IMG/VR virus record: IMGVR_UViG_3300032282_004613 | DNA length: 60,529 nt | Reading direction: 5' to 3' (one strand) | Source of the DNA: an uncultured virus (IMG/VR IMGVR_UViG_3300032282_004613) | Lineage: Duplodnaviria; Heunggongvirae; Uroviricota; Caudoviricetes | Shown: positions 27,303 through 37,686 of the stretch, piece after piece | Layout of the letters: the number at the start of each line of letters is the position of its first letter | Numbering within the stretch: the stretch's first letter is position 1 | The notes under the pieces: generated by a model | What the model saw: the letters and a program-made list of their open reading frames with translations, nothing else | Database searches by the model: none | Told to the model about the DNA's origin: nothing | Translations under genes and position numbers: made by a program

Positions 27303-28643
27303 ATGAAGAAAAAGAAATTAAGGGAGGATATCGATTACGGTAACTACCCAGAAAGAATGGGTAGGTCTACCGAAAGAGCGGCCGCTGATCCAAATAGTTT
27401 ATACGCCACAAATCCAGCAATGAAAAGAGGTGCTGCTGATGTTGAAAAACTTATCGGGAATAGATTTAAGAAAGTGGTTGATTATCTAAGACAAGTTACA
27501 AATATTCAAGATTTAAGTTCTAGACAAGTTCAAGGACTGTTATTTAATGAAATGATGTCGAATCTTGTTCCTAGAGTAATTCAAATCGAAGATGGTCACA
27601 AAGAAGAGATTCAACAATTGGCTATCGAAGCATCATTAGATGAAACTGAGGTTCCTGCTGATTGGTATGAAATTGAGGCACAATTAATCAGAGCCCCGAT
27701 TGATCCTAATGAGTTTAGATTGCAACCAGACGATGATGAGGAAGATCAAGATCAAGAAGAGGATCAAGAAGATGATGAAGATAATGAACAACCAGAAATA
27801 CCTTCTTTTGATATTGAAGATCTAACGCCTGATGAACAATTAGAGTTAGAAAAACACAAAAGAAATATCATAAATGCATTAATACAAGGCGCAGCAAAAA
27901 AAGGGCATCACATTTATGATAAACCATGGGTTAAAGAAAGATTAGACCAAATAGATCCAAATTTACATGCAATGTATAAGAAGATCATGGCTATAACTGA
28001 TTTTAACTATTTTACTATGGATGAAGCCATTGACGCTATGAGTGAATCTGGGTCAGGTATTGCTGGTATGAATAAATTAAGCAATCCAGATGAGGATGGC
28101 GGTGACGAAGGTGGTGGTGGTGATGAAGGTGGTGGCGGAGAACCAAAACCAGATACTAAAATAACTGCTTTAGGTTTATTTTTCCCAATACTTTGTCACG
28201 AAATTGTTAAAGGAATTAAAGAAGCATCAGGAAGACATGGTTTACCAAATGATCCCGAAATGTCACAAAAGATCAGAGGAAAAACAGATGTTTTAAGTAA
28301 TGAACCAATGCAATTGAGAGTTGGTCCTGAGTTATTTGAAAAATTAAGATTTTTATTACCAGACGAAATGTTTGACGAATCAAATAAAGGTTTAACACCA
28401 TGGTTTGAAATGGTTTTATATCAAATACCTGCTCAAGAATTTTTAACAATTATTGGTAACATAGTTACAGATGATGAAAGAAAAAACAATTTAGTTAAAA
28501 CTAAATTCCGTGAGATAATGAGAGAAGCGACTAATCTTAAGTCGGAATATGATGATTACAAAGAAGATAACGATATCCCCCCAAACAATGATGATACATT
28601 AGGTGACTGGCTTAATAGTATGGGTATCGATTTACCTAGTTAA
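27303..28643 (+). CDS. Hypothetical protein upstream of the terminase
   Basis: 446 aa with acidic insertions. Confidence 0.7.
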   Translation: MKKKKLREDIDYGNYPERMGRSTERAAADPNSLYATNPAMKRGAADVEKLIGNRFKKVVDYLRQVTNIQDLSSRQVQGLLFNEMMSNLVPRVIQIEDGHKEEIQQLAIEASLDETEVPADWYEIEAQLIRAPIDPNEFRLQPDDDEEDQDQEEDQEDDEDNEQPEIPSFDIEDLTPDEQLELEKHKRNIINALIQGAAKKGHHIYDKPWVKERLDQIDPNLHAMYKKIMAITDFNYFTMDEAIDAMSESGSGIAGMNKLSNPDEDGGDEGGGGDEGGGGEPKPDTKITALGLFFPILCHEIVKGIKEASGRHGLPNDPEMSQKIRGKTDVLSNEPMQLRVGPELFEKLRFLLPDEMFDESNKGLTPWFEMVLYQIPAQEFLTIIGNIVTDDERKNNLVKTKFREIMREATNLKSEYDDYKEDNDIPPNNDDTLGDWLNSMGIDLPS

Positions 28644-28649
28644 AATAAC

Positions 28650-28677
28650 AAAAGTGGTCAATTTAGACCACTTTTTT
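28650..28677 (+). terminator. Intrinsic terminator
   Basis: aaaagtggtc-aattta-gaccactttt followed by T's. Confidence 0.75.
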
Positions 28678-28690
28678 CATATTTATATAT

Positions 28691-30466
28691 ATGAGTCAAA
28701 AAATAGAACAATTAAAAGAGTATGCTCGTATTATAAAAGATACCCCATACGCACTTAGAACATACCTACAAACGTTTGATAATACTCAAAAGAAATTTGT
28801 ACCATTAGAATTGTTTCCTGATCAAATACAATTATTAAAAGATTATGAAACATATAATGAAAATATTACTAGAAAATATAGACAAGCGGGTGTTACTACG
28901 GTAACTGCAGCATGGTTATCAAAAAAATTACAACTAGCAAAACCAGATAATCCTGAAAGAGTTCTAATTATTGCAAACAAACGCGATACAGCAATTGAGA
29001 TGGCTAATAAAGTTAGACATTTCTTAGACCAGTGGCCAGAATGGATTAATGTTGGTTTTTCTCCGGATAAAAACTCGGAAAGTAGATTTAGATTAAACAA
29101 TGGTTCTGAAGTAAAAGCGGTAGCAACTTCTGCGGATGCGCTTCGTGGTTTTACCCCTACAGTACTTGTATTTGATGAGGCCGCGTATATTGAAGCGGGT
29201 GAAGATTTCTGGGCTGCATCAATGGCGTCATTGTCAACGGGTGGTAAGATTATATTAATCTCAACACCAAATGGCTACGATCCAATTTATTGGGGTGTTT
29301 ATGATCAAGCAATAAGAGGTATTAATGATTTCCATATTACCGATTTAAGATGGTTTAAAGATCCACGTTACACGAAAGATTTAGCATGGATAAAAGTTCC
29401 AGATATTGTTCATTACATGTTGAATAGAGAACAATATAATGATGATGAAGTGATACTAAAAGAATTTGATCTTTCAAAATATGAAGAATTGATGGACCAA
29501 GGTTATCAACCATATTCAAGTTGGTTTGAATCTATGTCTAAAAAATTCAAATATGATAAAAGAAAGATTGCACAGGAATTGGAATGTGATTTCTTAGGTT
29601 CTGGAGATAGTGTTATTCCTTCTGAAACAATGGAAAGAATTGCTAAAACTATGATTAAACAACCTAAAGAAAAGTACATGCAAGGTACTTTATGGTTGTG
29701 GAAAGAACCAGAACAAGGTCATAGATACATTATGGGGGTAGACGTTAGTAGAGGAGATAGTGAGGATTTCTCATCAATAAACATTATTGATTTTGACGCT
29801 AGAGAACAGGTAATGGAATACATTGGTAAAATACCACCAGATGATTTAGCGGCTATTGCTTATAAATGGGGAATACTATATGATGCATTTATTGTTGTGG
29901 ATATAACCGGAGGTATGGGTGTTGCGACTTCTAGAAAACTACAAGAAATGAATTATAAAAATTTATTCATTGACGGTATTAACACAAAAAACATATGGGA
30001 ATATAATGCCAAAGCAATGGAAAAAATCCCAGGAATAAATTTTAATAACAAAAGAACACAAATAGTCGCATGTTTTGAGGAACAATTAAGACATGATTTT
30101 ATAGTTAGATCAAATAGATTATTGAATGAATTAAACACATTTGTTTATCTAAATGGTAAACCAAACCACATGAAGGGATCACATGATGATGCTATCATGA
30201 GTATGGCTATCGCTTTATATGCTGGGGATATTTCGTTTACCCAACTAACAAGGAACGAAAATCAAGCAAAAGCAATGGTTGATTCCTGGATGTTAGCGGA
30301 AAGGACATATGATTCTGGTAAAGGGTTTTATTCATATGGAACATCTTTTGATGGTGTGGGATCAATGCAAATGGATCAATCTCAGTATGGTAATCAGCAA
30401 ACTCAACCAGCAAAACAACTTTATCAAGAATATGGTTGGCTATTTGGAGGTAAAAAGGGTTCATAA
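28691..30466 (+). CDS. terL: Terminase large subunit (T4 gp17-like)
   Basis: KYRQAGVTT Walker A, VFDEAA Walker B, ISTPNG, QELECDF, GVDVSRG and HDD nuclease motifs. Confidence 0.95.
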   Translation: MSQKIEQLKEYARIIKDTPYALRTYLQTFDNTQKKFVPLELFPDQIQLLKDYETYNENITRKYRQAGVTTVTAAWLSKKLQLAKPDNPERVLIIANKRDTAIEMANKVRHFLDQWPEWINVGFSPDKNSESRFRLNNGSEVKAVATSADALRGFTPTVLVFDEAAYIEAGEDFWAASMASLSTGGKIILISTPNGYDPIYWGVYDQAIRGINDFHITDLRWFKDPRYTKDLAWIKVPDIVHYMLNREQYNDDEVILKEFDLSKYEELMDQGYQPYSSWFESMSKKFKYDKRKIAQELECDFLGSGDSVIPSETMERIAKTMIKQPKEKYMQGTLWLWKEPEQGHRYIMGVDVSRGDSEDFSSINIIDFDAREQVMEYIGKIPPDDLAAIAYKWGILYDAFIVVDITGGMGVATSRKLQEMNYKNLFIDGINTKNIWEYNAKAMEKIPGINFNNKRTQIVACFEEQLRHDFIVRSNRLLNELNTFVYLNGKPNHMKGSHDDAIMSMAIALYAGDISFTQLTRNENQAKAMVDSWMLAERTYDSGKGFYSYGTSFDGVGSMQMDQSQYGNQQTQPAKQLYQEYGWLFGGKKGS

Positions 30467-30514
30467 TCTACTAAAATTTGTTTACATTAACAAAGGAAAA
30501 GTATTTATATTAAT

Positions 30515-32347
30515 ATGGCAGATCAAAATTTAACAATATTTCAAAGGTTAACGAAGATATTCGGGTTCCAAGGTCAAGTACCTCAGCCACCATCCTTTAA
30601 TTTTTCAAAAGAAGAACTTCTTAGGACCGACGATCCTGCTGTTTTTGAAAAAGAAAAACTACAGCATCAACAAAGTCAATATCTTTTTGATAAATGGACT
30701 AAACTAGATAATTCATTATATAACCAATCAGTTTATTATGAACCAAATAGAATTGCTGCGTATTATGATTTTGAATCAATGGAGTTCACTCCAGAGGTTT
30801 CGGCGGCATTAGACATTTATGCAGAAGAGTCAACAACAGTTTCAGAAAAGGGACATATTTTAGAAATCTATTCAGAATCTAAAAGAGTAAAAAACATATT
30901 AATCGATTTATTTGAAAATAGATTAGACATCAATACAAACTTACAAATGTGGGCAAGAAACATGTGTAAGTATGGTGATAACTTCTTGTACTTAAAAGTT
31001 AATCCAGAAGATGGGAAAGGTGTAGTCGGTTGCCAACAATTACCAAATATTGAAATTGAAAGATTAGAAGGCGCATTGAATGCTAGTCCACAACAAAGGG
31101 ATGCAAAATTACCTGCTAAAGAACTTAGATTTAGATGGAAGAATAAAGACCTAGAATTCCAAGCATGGGAGATTGCTCACTTTAGAATTATGGGTGATGA
31201 TAGAAAGTTACCTTACGGTACTTCTATGTTAGATAAAATTAGAAGAATTTGGAAACAACTTTTACTTGCTGAAGATGCTATGTTAATCTATAGAACTTCA
31301 AGAGCACCGGAAAGACGTGTTTTTAAAGTATTCGTTGGTAATATGGACGATAAAGATATTGAACCATATGTACAACGTGTTGCAAACAAATTTAAACGCG
31401 ACCAAACAGTTGATTCTAGAAATGGTCAAGTGGATATGCGTTACAACCAAATGGCGGTTGATCAGGATTATTTTATTCCTGTTCGTGATCCAGCAACGCC
31501 AAACCCAATTGAAACATTGGCTGGTGCTCAAAACTTAGGTGAGATTGCTGATATTGAATATATTCAGAAAAAATTATTAGCAGCCCTTCGTATACCTAAG
31601 GCATTCTTAGGTTTTGAAGAAGTTGTTGGTGATGGTAAGAATTTAGCATTAATGGATATTCGTTTTGCTAGAACAATTAATAGAATTCAAAAATCATTAA
31701 TACAAGAACTTAACAAGATTGCATTAATTCATCTTTACATGTTGGACTTGGAAGATGAATTAGATAATTTCTCATTAGGTTTAAGTAATCCTTCCGCGCA
31801 ATCAGATTTATTAAGAATTGAAAGTTGGAAAGAAAAAGTTACATTATATAAAGACGCAACGTCTGACCAATCACAAGTTGGTATTTTACCAGTATCGCAC
31901 ACTTGGGCTAAGAAAAATATTCTTGGATTTAGTGATAACGAAGTGTTACTTGATTTACAACAACAACGCCTTGAGAGAGCGATGGGATTTGAATTGACAA
32001 ATACTCAAAACGTAATTAAACGCTCTGGAATATTCGATGAAGTAGATTCTAAGTACGGTATTCCTGAAGAAGAGAGAGCAAAAGCCCAGGAAGCCGCAGA
32101 CGCTGGAGAAGGCGGAGGAGATATGGGTGGCGGAATGCCTCCTTTAGGAGGCGGCGGTGGATCAGCACCAGCACCAGCACCAGACGCTGGCGGAAGCGAG
32201 CCATTAAGTGAGGGTAAAAAAGACAAAAAGAAAAAATTACTTTCATTATTAGAAAGCGAAACCGATCATGATTTATTCAATATGGAAAAGGCGCAGAAGA
32301 ATATTTATGAAATAGAAAATAAACTAAACAATTTACTAAACGATTAA
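30515..32347 (+). CDS. Portal protein (T4 gp20-like)
   Basis: PEV.AALDI, PYGTSML, EDAMLIYR.SRAPERRVF, DYFIPVR and IETL.GAQNL motifs. Confidence 0.95.
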   Translation: MADQNLTIFQRLTKIFGFQGQVPQPPSFNFSKEELLRTDDPAVFEKEKLQHQQSQYLFDKWTKLDNSLYNQSVYYEPNRIAAYYDFESMEFTPEVSAALDIYAEESTTVSEKGHILEIYSESKRVKNILIDLFENRLDINTNLQMWARNMCKYGDNFLYLKVNPEDGKGVVGCQQLPNIEIERLEGALNASPQQRDAKLPAKELRFRWKNKDLEFQAWEIAHFRIMGDDRKLPYGTSMLDKIRRIWKQLLLAEDAMLIYRTSRAPERRVFKVFVGNMDDKDIEPYVQRVANKFKRDQTVDSRNGQVDMRYNQMAVDQDYFIPVRDPATPNPIETLAGAQNLGEIADIEYIQKKLLAALRIPKAFLGFEEVVGDGKNLALMDIRFARTINRIQKSLIQELNKIALIHLYMLDLEDELDNFSLGLSNPSAQSDLLRIESWKEKVTLYKDATSDQSQVGILPVSHTWAKKNILGFSDNEVLLDLQQQRLERAMGFELTNTQNVIKRSGIFDEVDSKYGIPEEERAKAQEAADAGEGGGDMGGGMPPLGGGGGSAPAPAPDAGGSEPLSEGKKDKKKKLLSLLESETDHDLFNMEKAQKNIYEIENKLNNLLND

Positions 32348-32349
32348 AA

Positions 32350-33105
32350 ATGAACAATAAAGTTGGGATTTTAAAAACCAAAATATTAAAAAAACTTACA
32401 GAATCTTACACTTCTGATAATAAATCAGAAATGAAAAATATTCTTAAACTTATAAAAGAAAACAAAGATTTTAAAGAAATGTATTTGTTTTATGAAGAAA
32501 TTGAGAACAAATATATCTCAGACAAAGAGACAGCAAAACTATATGTGGAGGGATTAAGCACAATGTTAAATAACCCAACATTAAAGGGAAATAAGAATAA
32601 CTTAGAAATGTTTTGTAAATCGTTAGATAAAACAATAGGTGATGTTTCAATTAACGAAAATGAATTATATTCAGCATTAGATATATTGAGTGAAAAGGAC
32701 GCATTGTCAAACATAGAAAAGAAGGTAATTTCAAAAAAGAAATTAGTTGAACATTTAACAACTAAAAAAGAAATTAACGAATCTAAAGAATCAACATTAG
32801 TACCTAACGAAAATTTATTAAACGCAATATTAACAAGTAATTTTAACGCATTATATTCAAAAACACTTTCTGAATCTGAAAAAGAAGAATTGAAAAATAT
32901 TTTATCTATTCCTCATAATGAGATTGAAAGTAAAACAGTTGAATTAAAAGAATCAATTATTAATCAAGTATCAACACTGATAAATGAAGCAAACGATAAT
33001 GATTTATTAGACAAATTAAAGACGGTAAAGGACGAGGTCGTTCAAATGCAACCGTCGAGGTATAACTACTTCAGATTAAACGAATTAAAAAATGGACTTA
33101 ATTAA
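32350..33105 (+). CDS. Helical head-module protein
   Basis: Directly follows the portal gene; 251 aa. Confidence 0.65.
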   Translation: MNNKVGILKTKILKKLTESYTSDNKSEMKNILKLIKENKDFKEMYLFYEEIENKYISDKETAKLYVEGLSTMLNNPTLKGNKNNLEMFCKSLDKTIGDVSINENELYSALDILSEKDALSNIEKKVISKKKLVEHLTTKKEINESKESTLVPNENLLNAILTSNFNALYSKTLSESEKEELKNILSIPHNEIESKTVELKESIINQVSTLINEANDNDLLDKLKTVKDEVVQMQPSRYNYFRLNELKNGLN

Positions 33106-33113
33106 GTCCATTT
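33090..33113. terminator. 24-bp perfect palindrome, probable bidirectional terminator
   Basis: aaatggacttaa|ttaagtccattt with A and T tracts on either side; overlaps both stop codons. Confidence 0.7.
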
Positions 33114-33289
33114 CTTTTTTGTTCAATATAGATCGCTTTTAATTTCTCATCTCTCTTCTTTACTGAAGGTTTAACATAAACCTGTCTATCCCTCAATTGT
33201 TGGATTTGTTTAGTTTTTTGAACTTTGTTTTTATAAGTTCTTAATGCGGTTTCTATACTTTTTTCTTTCGATAAATCAATAATAATCAT
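33098..33289 (-). CDS. rpsU: Ribosomal protein bS21 (phage-encoded)
   Basis: SIETALR.YK.K..KT.....LR.R..Y.KPSV.KR....KA.Y pattern of Bacteroidota-type bS21. Confidence 0.9.
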   Translation of the reverse strand: MIIIDLSKEKSIETALRTYKNKVQKTKQIQQLRDRQVYVKPSVKKRDEKLKAIYIEQKRNGLN

Positions 33290-33395
33290 AAAGGATTCCT
33301 CTTTATTTTAAATATATACAAATTTTTGGAATTTTAAAAAAATTTCTTTATTTTTATACTTAACACCATTAAAATATAATAATATGAAGAAATAA

Positions 33396-33824
33396 ATGAA
33401 ATTTGGTAAATTTATTCACCTTGGTGAATATGAAGAAATTAAAATTGGTTACGGTACCGTAGATTTTAGAAACTTAAAAACCGTTTATGTTAAATTAAAC
33501 TCCTGGGTAATGCCAACAGATGAAATGGCTGATTTTGATAAAACAATTTTAAGGAGTAGAAAGAGAATTAAAGACACAATAAGGGAACATAATCTAAATA
33601 ATTTATTTAAAAAAGAAAGTATTGTCGATCTAGATATTAGAACTAAAGGTATAAAACTAGATAAAAAATCTTTTATGAATCTTGAGGTTACATTATTTGC
33701 TGAGAATCAATTCGATATAAAGAGTAAAGAAATTAAAAATACGCTTAAAAATTTGATTGAAAGTATAGTAGATAACTGTTTAATTGATAGATCCTTGTTT
33801 AATTTCAGTAAAACCAAGTTTTAA
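33396..33824 (+). CDS. Hypothetical protein
   Basis: 142 aa, between bS21 and the protease gene. Confidence 0.7.
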   Translation: MKFGKFIHLGEYEEIKIGYGTVDFRNLKTVYVKLNSWVMPTDEMADFDKTILRSRKRIKDTIREHNLNNLFKKESIVDLDIRTKGIKLDKKSFMNLEVTLFAENQFDIKSKEIKNTLKNLIESIVDNCLIDRSLFNFSKTKF

Positions 33825-33861
33825 ACGTTAATACGCAATATTTATAATGTAAAAACTATAA

Positions 33862-34548
33862 ATGCGCATATTAGGACCAAAAGAAATTGGAAAGGGGATT
33901 TTAATAGAATACGACGCAGGACATATATCACCTAGCGAAAACAAACATATTTTAAAAGAGATGGAGAATAAAGATACCGATCAGGACTTTATTCTCTTTG
34001 CTGTTTTACAGAAATTCGATACACCAAACAAAAACGGTAGAATATACCCAGAAAGAATTCTCAAGAGAGAAAATGACAAGTATCAACAAGTCATGAAAAA
34101 TGGTTCAGCATTAAATGAACTAAATCATCCATCATCATCACTTATCGATTTAGATAGAGTTTCCCATTCAATTCTTGAAACATGGTGGGAAGGTAGAATG
34201 TTAATGGGTAAAATCAAATTATTTACATCTCCTGGTTGGAGAAAAATGGGTATAGTTTCCACAAAAGGAGATCAAGCCGCTATGCTTCTTTTAAATGGAG
34301 CAACCCTAGGTATTTCATCTAGAGGTGTCGGATCATTAAAAACAGAGAAAGGACAGAATGTTGTTCAAGACGACTTTGAATTAGTTTGTTTTGACTTAGT
34401 GTCATCTCCATCTACTCCGGGTGCATATATCTTCCAAGATATTGCTGATAGAGACAAATTTCAGGAGTCAGTTCAAGAGGAAAAACCAATTGAAAATAAT
34501 AGAGTTTTAAAATTAATGGGAAAACTTGATTCTTTCCTTAGCAAATAA
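33862..34548 (+). CDS. Prohead core protease (T4 gp21-like)
   Basis: N.NGRIYP, ELNHP, VSH, GISSRGVGS and DLVS.PS motifs. Confidence 0.95.
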   Translation: MRILGPKEIGKGILIEYDAGHISPSENKHILKEMENKDTDQDFILFAVLQKFDTPNKNGRIYPERILKRENDKYQQVMKNGSALNELNHPSSSLIDLDRVSHSILETWWEGRMLMGKIKLFTSPGWRKMGIVSTKGDQAAMLLLNGATLGISSRGVGSLKTEKGQNVVQDDFELVCFDLVSSPSTPGAYIFQDIADRDKFQESVQEEKPIENNRVLKLMGKLDSFLSK

Positions 34549-34629
34549 TGAGTTTATTTAGGTTTTCAATACAAAAACCTAACTTTTTTTAAAAATCACA
34601 GTATTTATATATTAAATCGATCATAACAA

Positions 34630-35853
34630 ATGACAGAAAAATCCATTTTAGAACAAGCGTTACTTCAAATTAATACACTTGAAGAAGCAGTAAAGCAAAA
34701 TGCAAAAGGTATCCTTGGATCAGTAATGAAACAAGAACTAAACGATTTGCTTAAAGAATCTATGGAAGAAGAGGACGAAGTTCCAGCAGACGGAACTGAA
34801 CCTGAAGAAAAAGAAGAGGATATGCCAAATCCAGATGTACAAACAGAACAACCAGAAGACGAAGTTGGTGATGAAACCGACGACGATTCTGAAGATGTTG
34901 CTGATGATGACTCTGAAGAAGGAAATGAAGAAGGCGATGACTTACCATCATTAGAGGACGAACCAAACAAAGAAATCGATTCAGACGATTCATCAGAAGA
35001 TGAGTTTAACTCATTTGGAGGTGATACTGAAGAAGAAGGTATGGGCGGGGAAGACGAAGATGTTTTAGATATGACTGGCGCTCCACACGATGAAGTTGTT
35101 AAGGTATTTAAAGCAATGAAAGACGAAGACGGTATCATAGTTAAAAAAGACGGTGATAATGTTGAGTTTAAAGATGGTGAAGACGAATACATCATTAAAT
35201 TAAACGAGGAAGAGGAGTTTACTCCTGACTCAGAAGAAGAATCAGATGATATGTCTCAAGAAGATATGTCTGAAGATTGGAACGAAGAAGAGGAAACCGT
35301 TTATGAAATTGAGTTAGGTCAAGATGATGAAGACGAGCCAGTTAAAAAAGTTGAAGCAACAGAAGCAGCAAGAACTAAATCTAATCCACACGGTAATAAA
35401 AACGGTATGAATAGATCTGGTTTGCCTAGTAAGAAAAAATACAAAGCAGGTTCTACTGTAGTTGGTATCAACGAAGAAGTTGAAACTTTGAAAAAACAAA
35501 ATGCTGAATATAAAAAGGCGTTAGTAATGTTCAAAGATAAACTTAACGAGGTTGCGGTATTCAACGCAAATCTTGCATATGCTACAAGATTATTTACAGA
35601 ACATTCAACTACAAAAACTGAAAAAATGGGAATTTTAAAAAGATTTGACACCATTTCTTCAATAACTGAATCAAAAAATCTTTACACTGCAATTAAAACT
35701 GAATTAGGTTCTAAAAAATCAGTAACTGAATCAGTTGCAGAAAAAATCACATCATCTCCTTCAACATCTTCTAGCGAAGTGCTTGCTGAATCAAAAGTTT
35801 ACGAAGCGCCTCAGTTTGCAAGAATGAAAGATTTAATGAGAAAAATAAAATAA
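34630..35853 (+). CDS. Prohead scaffold/core protein (gp22-like)
   Basis: Highly acidic with a C-terminal coiled coil; lies between the protease and the major capsid protein. Confidence 0.7.
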   Translation: MTEKSILEQALLQINTLEEAVKQNAKGILGSVMKQELNDLLKESMEEEDEVPADGTEPEEKEEDMPNPDVQTEQPEDEVGDETDDDSEDVADDDSEEGNEEGDDLPSLEDEPNKEIDSDDSSEDEFNSFGGDTEEEGMGGEDEDVLDMTGAPHDEVVKVFKAMKDEDGIIVKKDGDNVEFKDGEDEYIIKLNEEEEFTPDSEEESDDMSQEDMSEDWNEEEETVYEIELGQDDEDEPVKKVEATEAARTKSNPHGNKNGMNRSGLPSKKKYKAGSTVVGINEEVETLKKQNAEYKKALVMFKDKLNEVAVFNANLAYATRLFTEHSTTKTEKMGILKRFDTISSITESKNLYTAIKTELGSKKSVTESVAEKITSSPSTSSSEVLAESKVYEAPQFARMKDLMRKIK

Positions 35854-35879
35854 AAAATTAAAAAACAAATATTTTAAAA

Positions 35880-37607
35880 ATGGGAGCATTATTAGAATCA
35901 GGTATGGTAGGAAACATTGGTCTTAAACACTTACGTGTGATCAAAGAAGATACCATCAAAAAATGGGATGATTTAGGTTTCTTAGACAACCTTGAAGGTC
36001 ATCAAAAAGATAATATCGCGCAATTGTATGAAAACCAAGCGTCATATTTGATTAACGAAGCAGCGGTAGCGGATTCTTCAGGTTCTTTCGAAACTGTAGT
36101 TTTCCCTATTATCCGTCGTGTATTCTCTAAATTACTTGCTAACGATATCGTATCTGTGCAAGCAATGAACTTACCTATCGGTAAATTATTCTTCTTCATT
36201 CCTAAAATTCAGGAAAGAGGTGGAACTAACGATAGTCAACATCACCACCCTTATGGTTACCCTAACGCTAATGCTAACCCAACAACTGGTTACACAGGCG
36301 TAAACCTTTACGATCGTTTCTACGAAGCAGATGATTCTTTATCAAGTGGTCTTTTTGATTACTCTAAAGGTCAATTCTCTGGTGCAACATTACCAGGTGC
36401 TTCTTATGTAACTTTCGCTAATGGCGCTGTTACTGAAGTTGCAAACGCTGCAATGACAGGTTTAACTAAGAGTGACGTTGTTATCAAATTTAGTGGTTTC
36501 ACTAAAGATGGTCAAGGTAAATTAATCGGACCTAATGGTAACGTGATGGATACTGAAGAATTTTTAGCATCTAGCACATTAACTTTCTCTGGTTCTTCTA
36601 GATCATTCAACGTTGTAACTCAACAATATGGTAAAGGAATCGTTGCTTACGGTACTAAATCTCCTGCAGCCGGTTATCCTTCTGGAAACTTTAACGATAT
36701 CTGTGATGAGAATGGCGTAATTTACATTAAAGTAGATTTACAAGATTATTCATCAACTTCAGGTTTCTCTAGTCCAACATTGGCTTCTGACGCGTTAGCA
36801 TCTGCTTTCGTATTAAACTACAGAGTTTATGATACTTTGGAATTTGAAGATGAAATCGGTGAGGTTTCTTTCGATCTTTCTTCTGTAACAGTTTCTGTGA
36901 CTGAAAGAAAATTAAGAGCATCTTGGTCTCCAGAACTTGCTCAAGACGTTAGTGCATTCCACAACATCGATGCTGAAGCAGAATTAACTGCTTTGTTATC
37001 TGAGCAAATTGCTGCTGAGGTTGACCGTGAAATTTTACGTGACCTTAGAAGAGGTGCTGCTTGGTCTCTTAAATGGGATTATAACGAGTGGAAATACGGT
37101 GGTGCGTCTGGTGCAACTTTACAAGGTTACACTCAAAAAGATTGGAACCAAACATTGATCACTAAGATCAACCAATTATCTGCTCAAATCCATAAAACAA
37201 CCTTGAGAGGTGGTGCAAACTGGATCGTTGTATCTTCAGAAGTTTCTGCAGTATTCGATGATTTAGAGTATTTCCACGTTTCAAATGCTAACCCTGAGCA
37301 AGATCAGTACAACATGGGTATTGAGAAAGTAGGTACTTTAGCAGGTAGATATCAAGTTTACCGCGATCCTTACTTCCCACCAAACAAGATCTTAATTGGT
37401 CATAAAGGTAAATCATTATTAGACGCAGGTTATATCTACGCTCCATATGTGCCTTTACAATTAACTCCAACAATGTACAATCCTTTCACAATGACACCTA
37501 TCAAAGGTATCATGACTAGATACGCTAAGAAAATGGTTAACAACCGTTACTATGGTACTATCGACGTAAAAGGTATCCAAACATTTGATCTTGGAACTTT
37601 AAGATAA
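35880..37607 (+). CDS. Major capsid protein (T4 gp23-like)
   Basis: P.IRRVF..L.A.DIVSVQ.M..P.G, RKLRA.WSPELAQD....H.IDAEAEL, YAPYVPL and GIMTRY motifs. Confidence 0.97.
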   Translation: MGALLESGMVGNIGLKHLRVIKEDTIKKWDDLGFLDNLEGHQKDNIAQLYENQASYLINEAAVADSSGSFETVVFPIIRRVFSKLLANDIVSVQAMNLPIGKLFFFIPKIQERGGTNDSQHHHPYGYPNANANPTTGYTGVNLYDRFYEADDSLSSGLFDYSKGQFSGATLPGASYVTFANGAVTEVANAAMTGLTKSDVVIKFSGFTKDGQGKLIGPNGNVMDTEEFLASSTLTFSGSSRSFNVVTQQYGKGIVAYGTKSPAAGYPSGNFNDICDENGVIYIKVDLQDYSSTSGFSSPTLASDALASAFVLNYRVYDTLEFEDEIGEVSFDLSSVTVSVTERKLRASWSPELAQDVSAFHNIDAEAELTALLSEQIAAEVDREILRDLRRGAAWSLKWDYNEWKYGGASGATLQGYTQKDWNQTLITKINQLSAQIHKTTLRGGANWIVVSSEVSAVFDDLEYFHVSNANPEQDQYNMGIEKVGTLAGRYQVYRDPYFPPNKILIGHKGKSLLDAGYIYAPYVPLQLTPTMYNPFTMTPIKGIMTRYAKKMVNNRYYGTIDVKGIQTFDLGTLR

Positions 37608-37624
37608 TCTTAACGACTATCAAT

Positions 37625-37656
37625 AAAAAAACCCTCGAGAAATCGGGGGTTTTTTG
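37625..37656 (+). terminator. Intrinsic terminator after the major capsid gene
   Basis: aaaaaccctcga-gaaa-tcgggggttttt. Confidence 0.85.
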
Positions 37657-37682
37657 TTTTCTAGAATTTTTCTTTATATTTG
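37653..37682 (+). promoter_or_regulatory. Bacteroidota sigma70-type promoter (TTTG...TAnnTTTG)
   Basis: TTTG at 37653-37656, 18-nt spacer, TATATTTG at 37675-37682, ATG at 37687. Confidence 0.5.
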
Positions 37683-37686
37683 TGCC

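Noticed and set aside
28691..37607. Introns or inteins in the terminase, portal or capsid genes
   Set aside because: The ORFs are continuous, of expected size, and show no intein or homing-endonuclease motifs.
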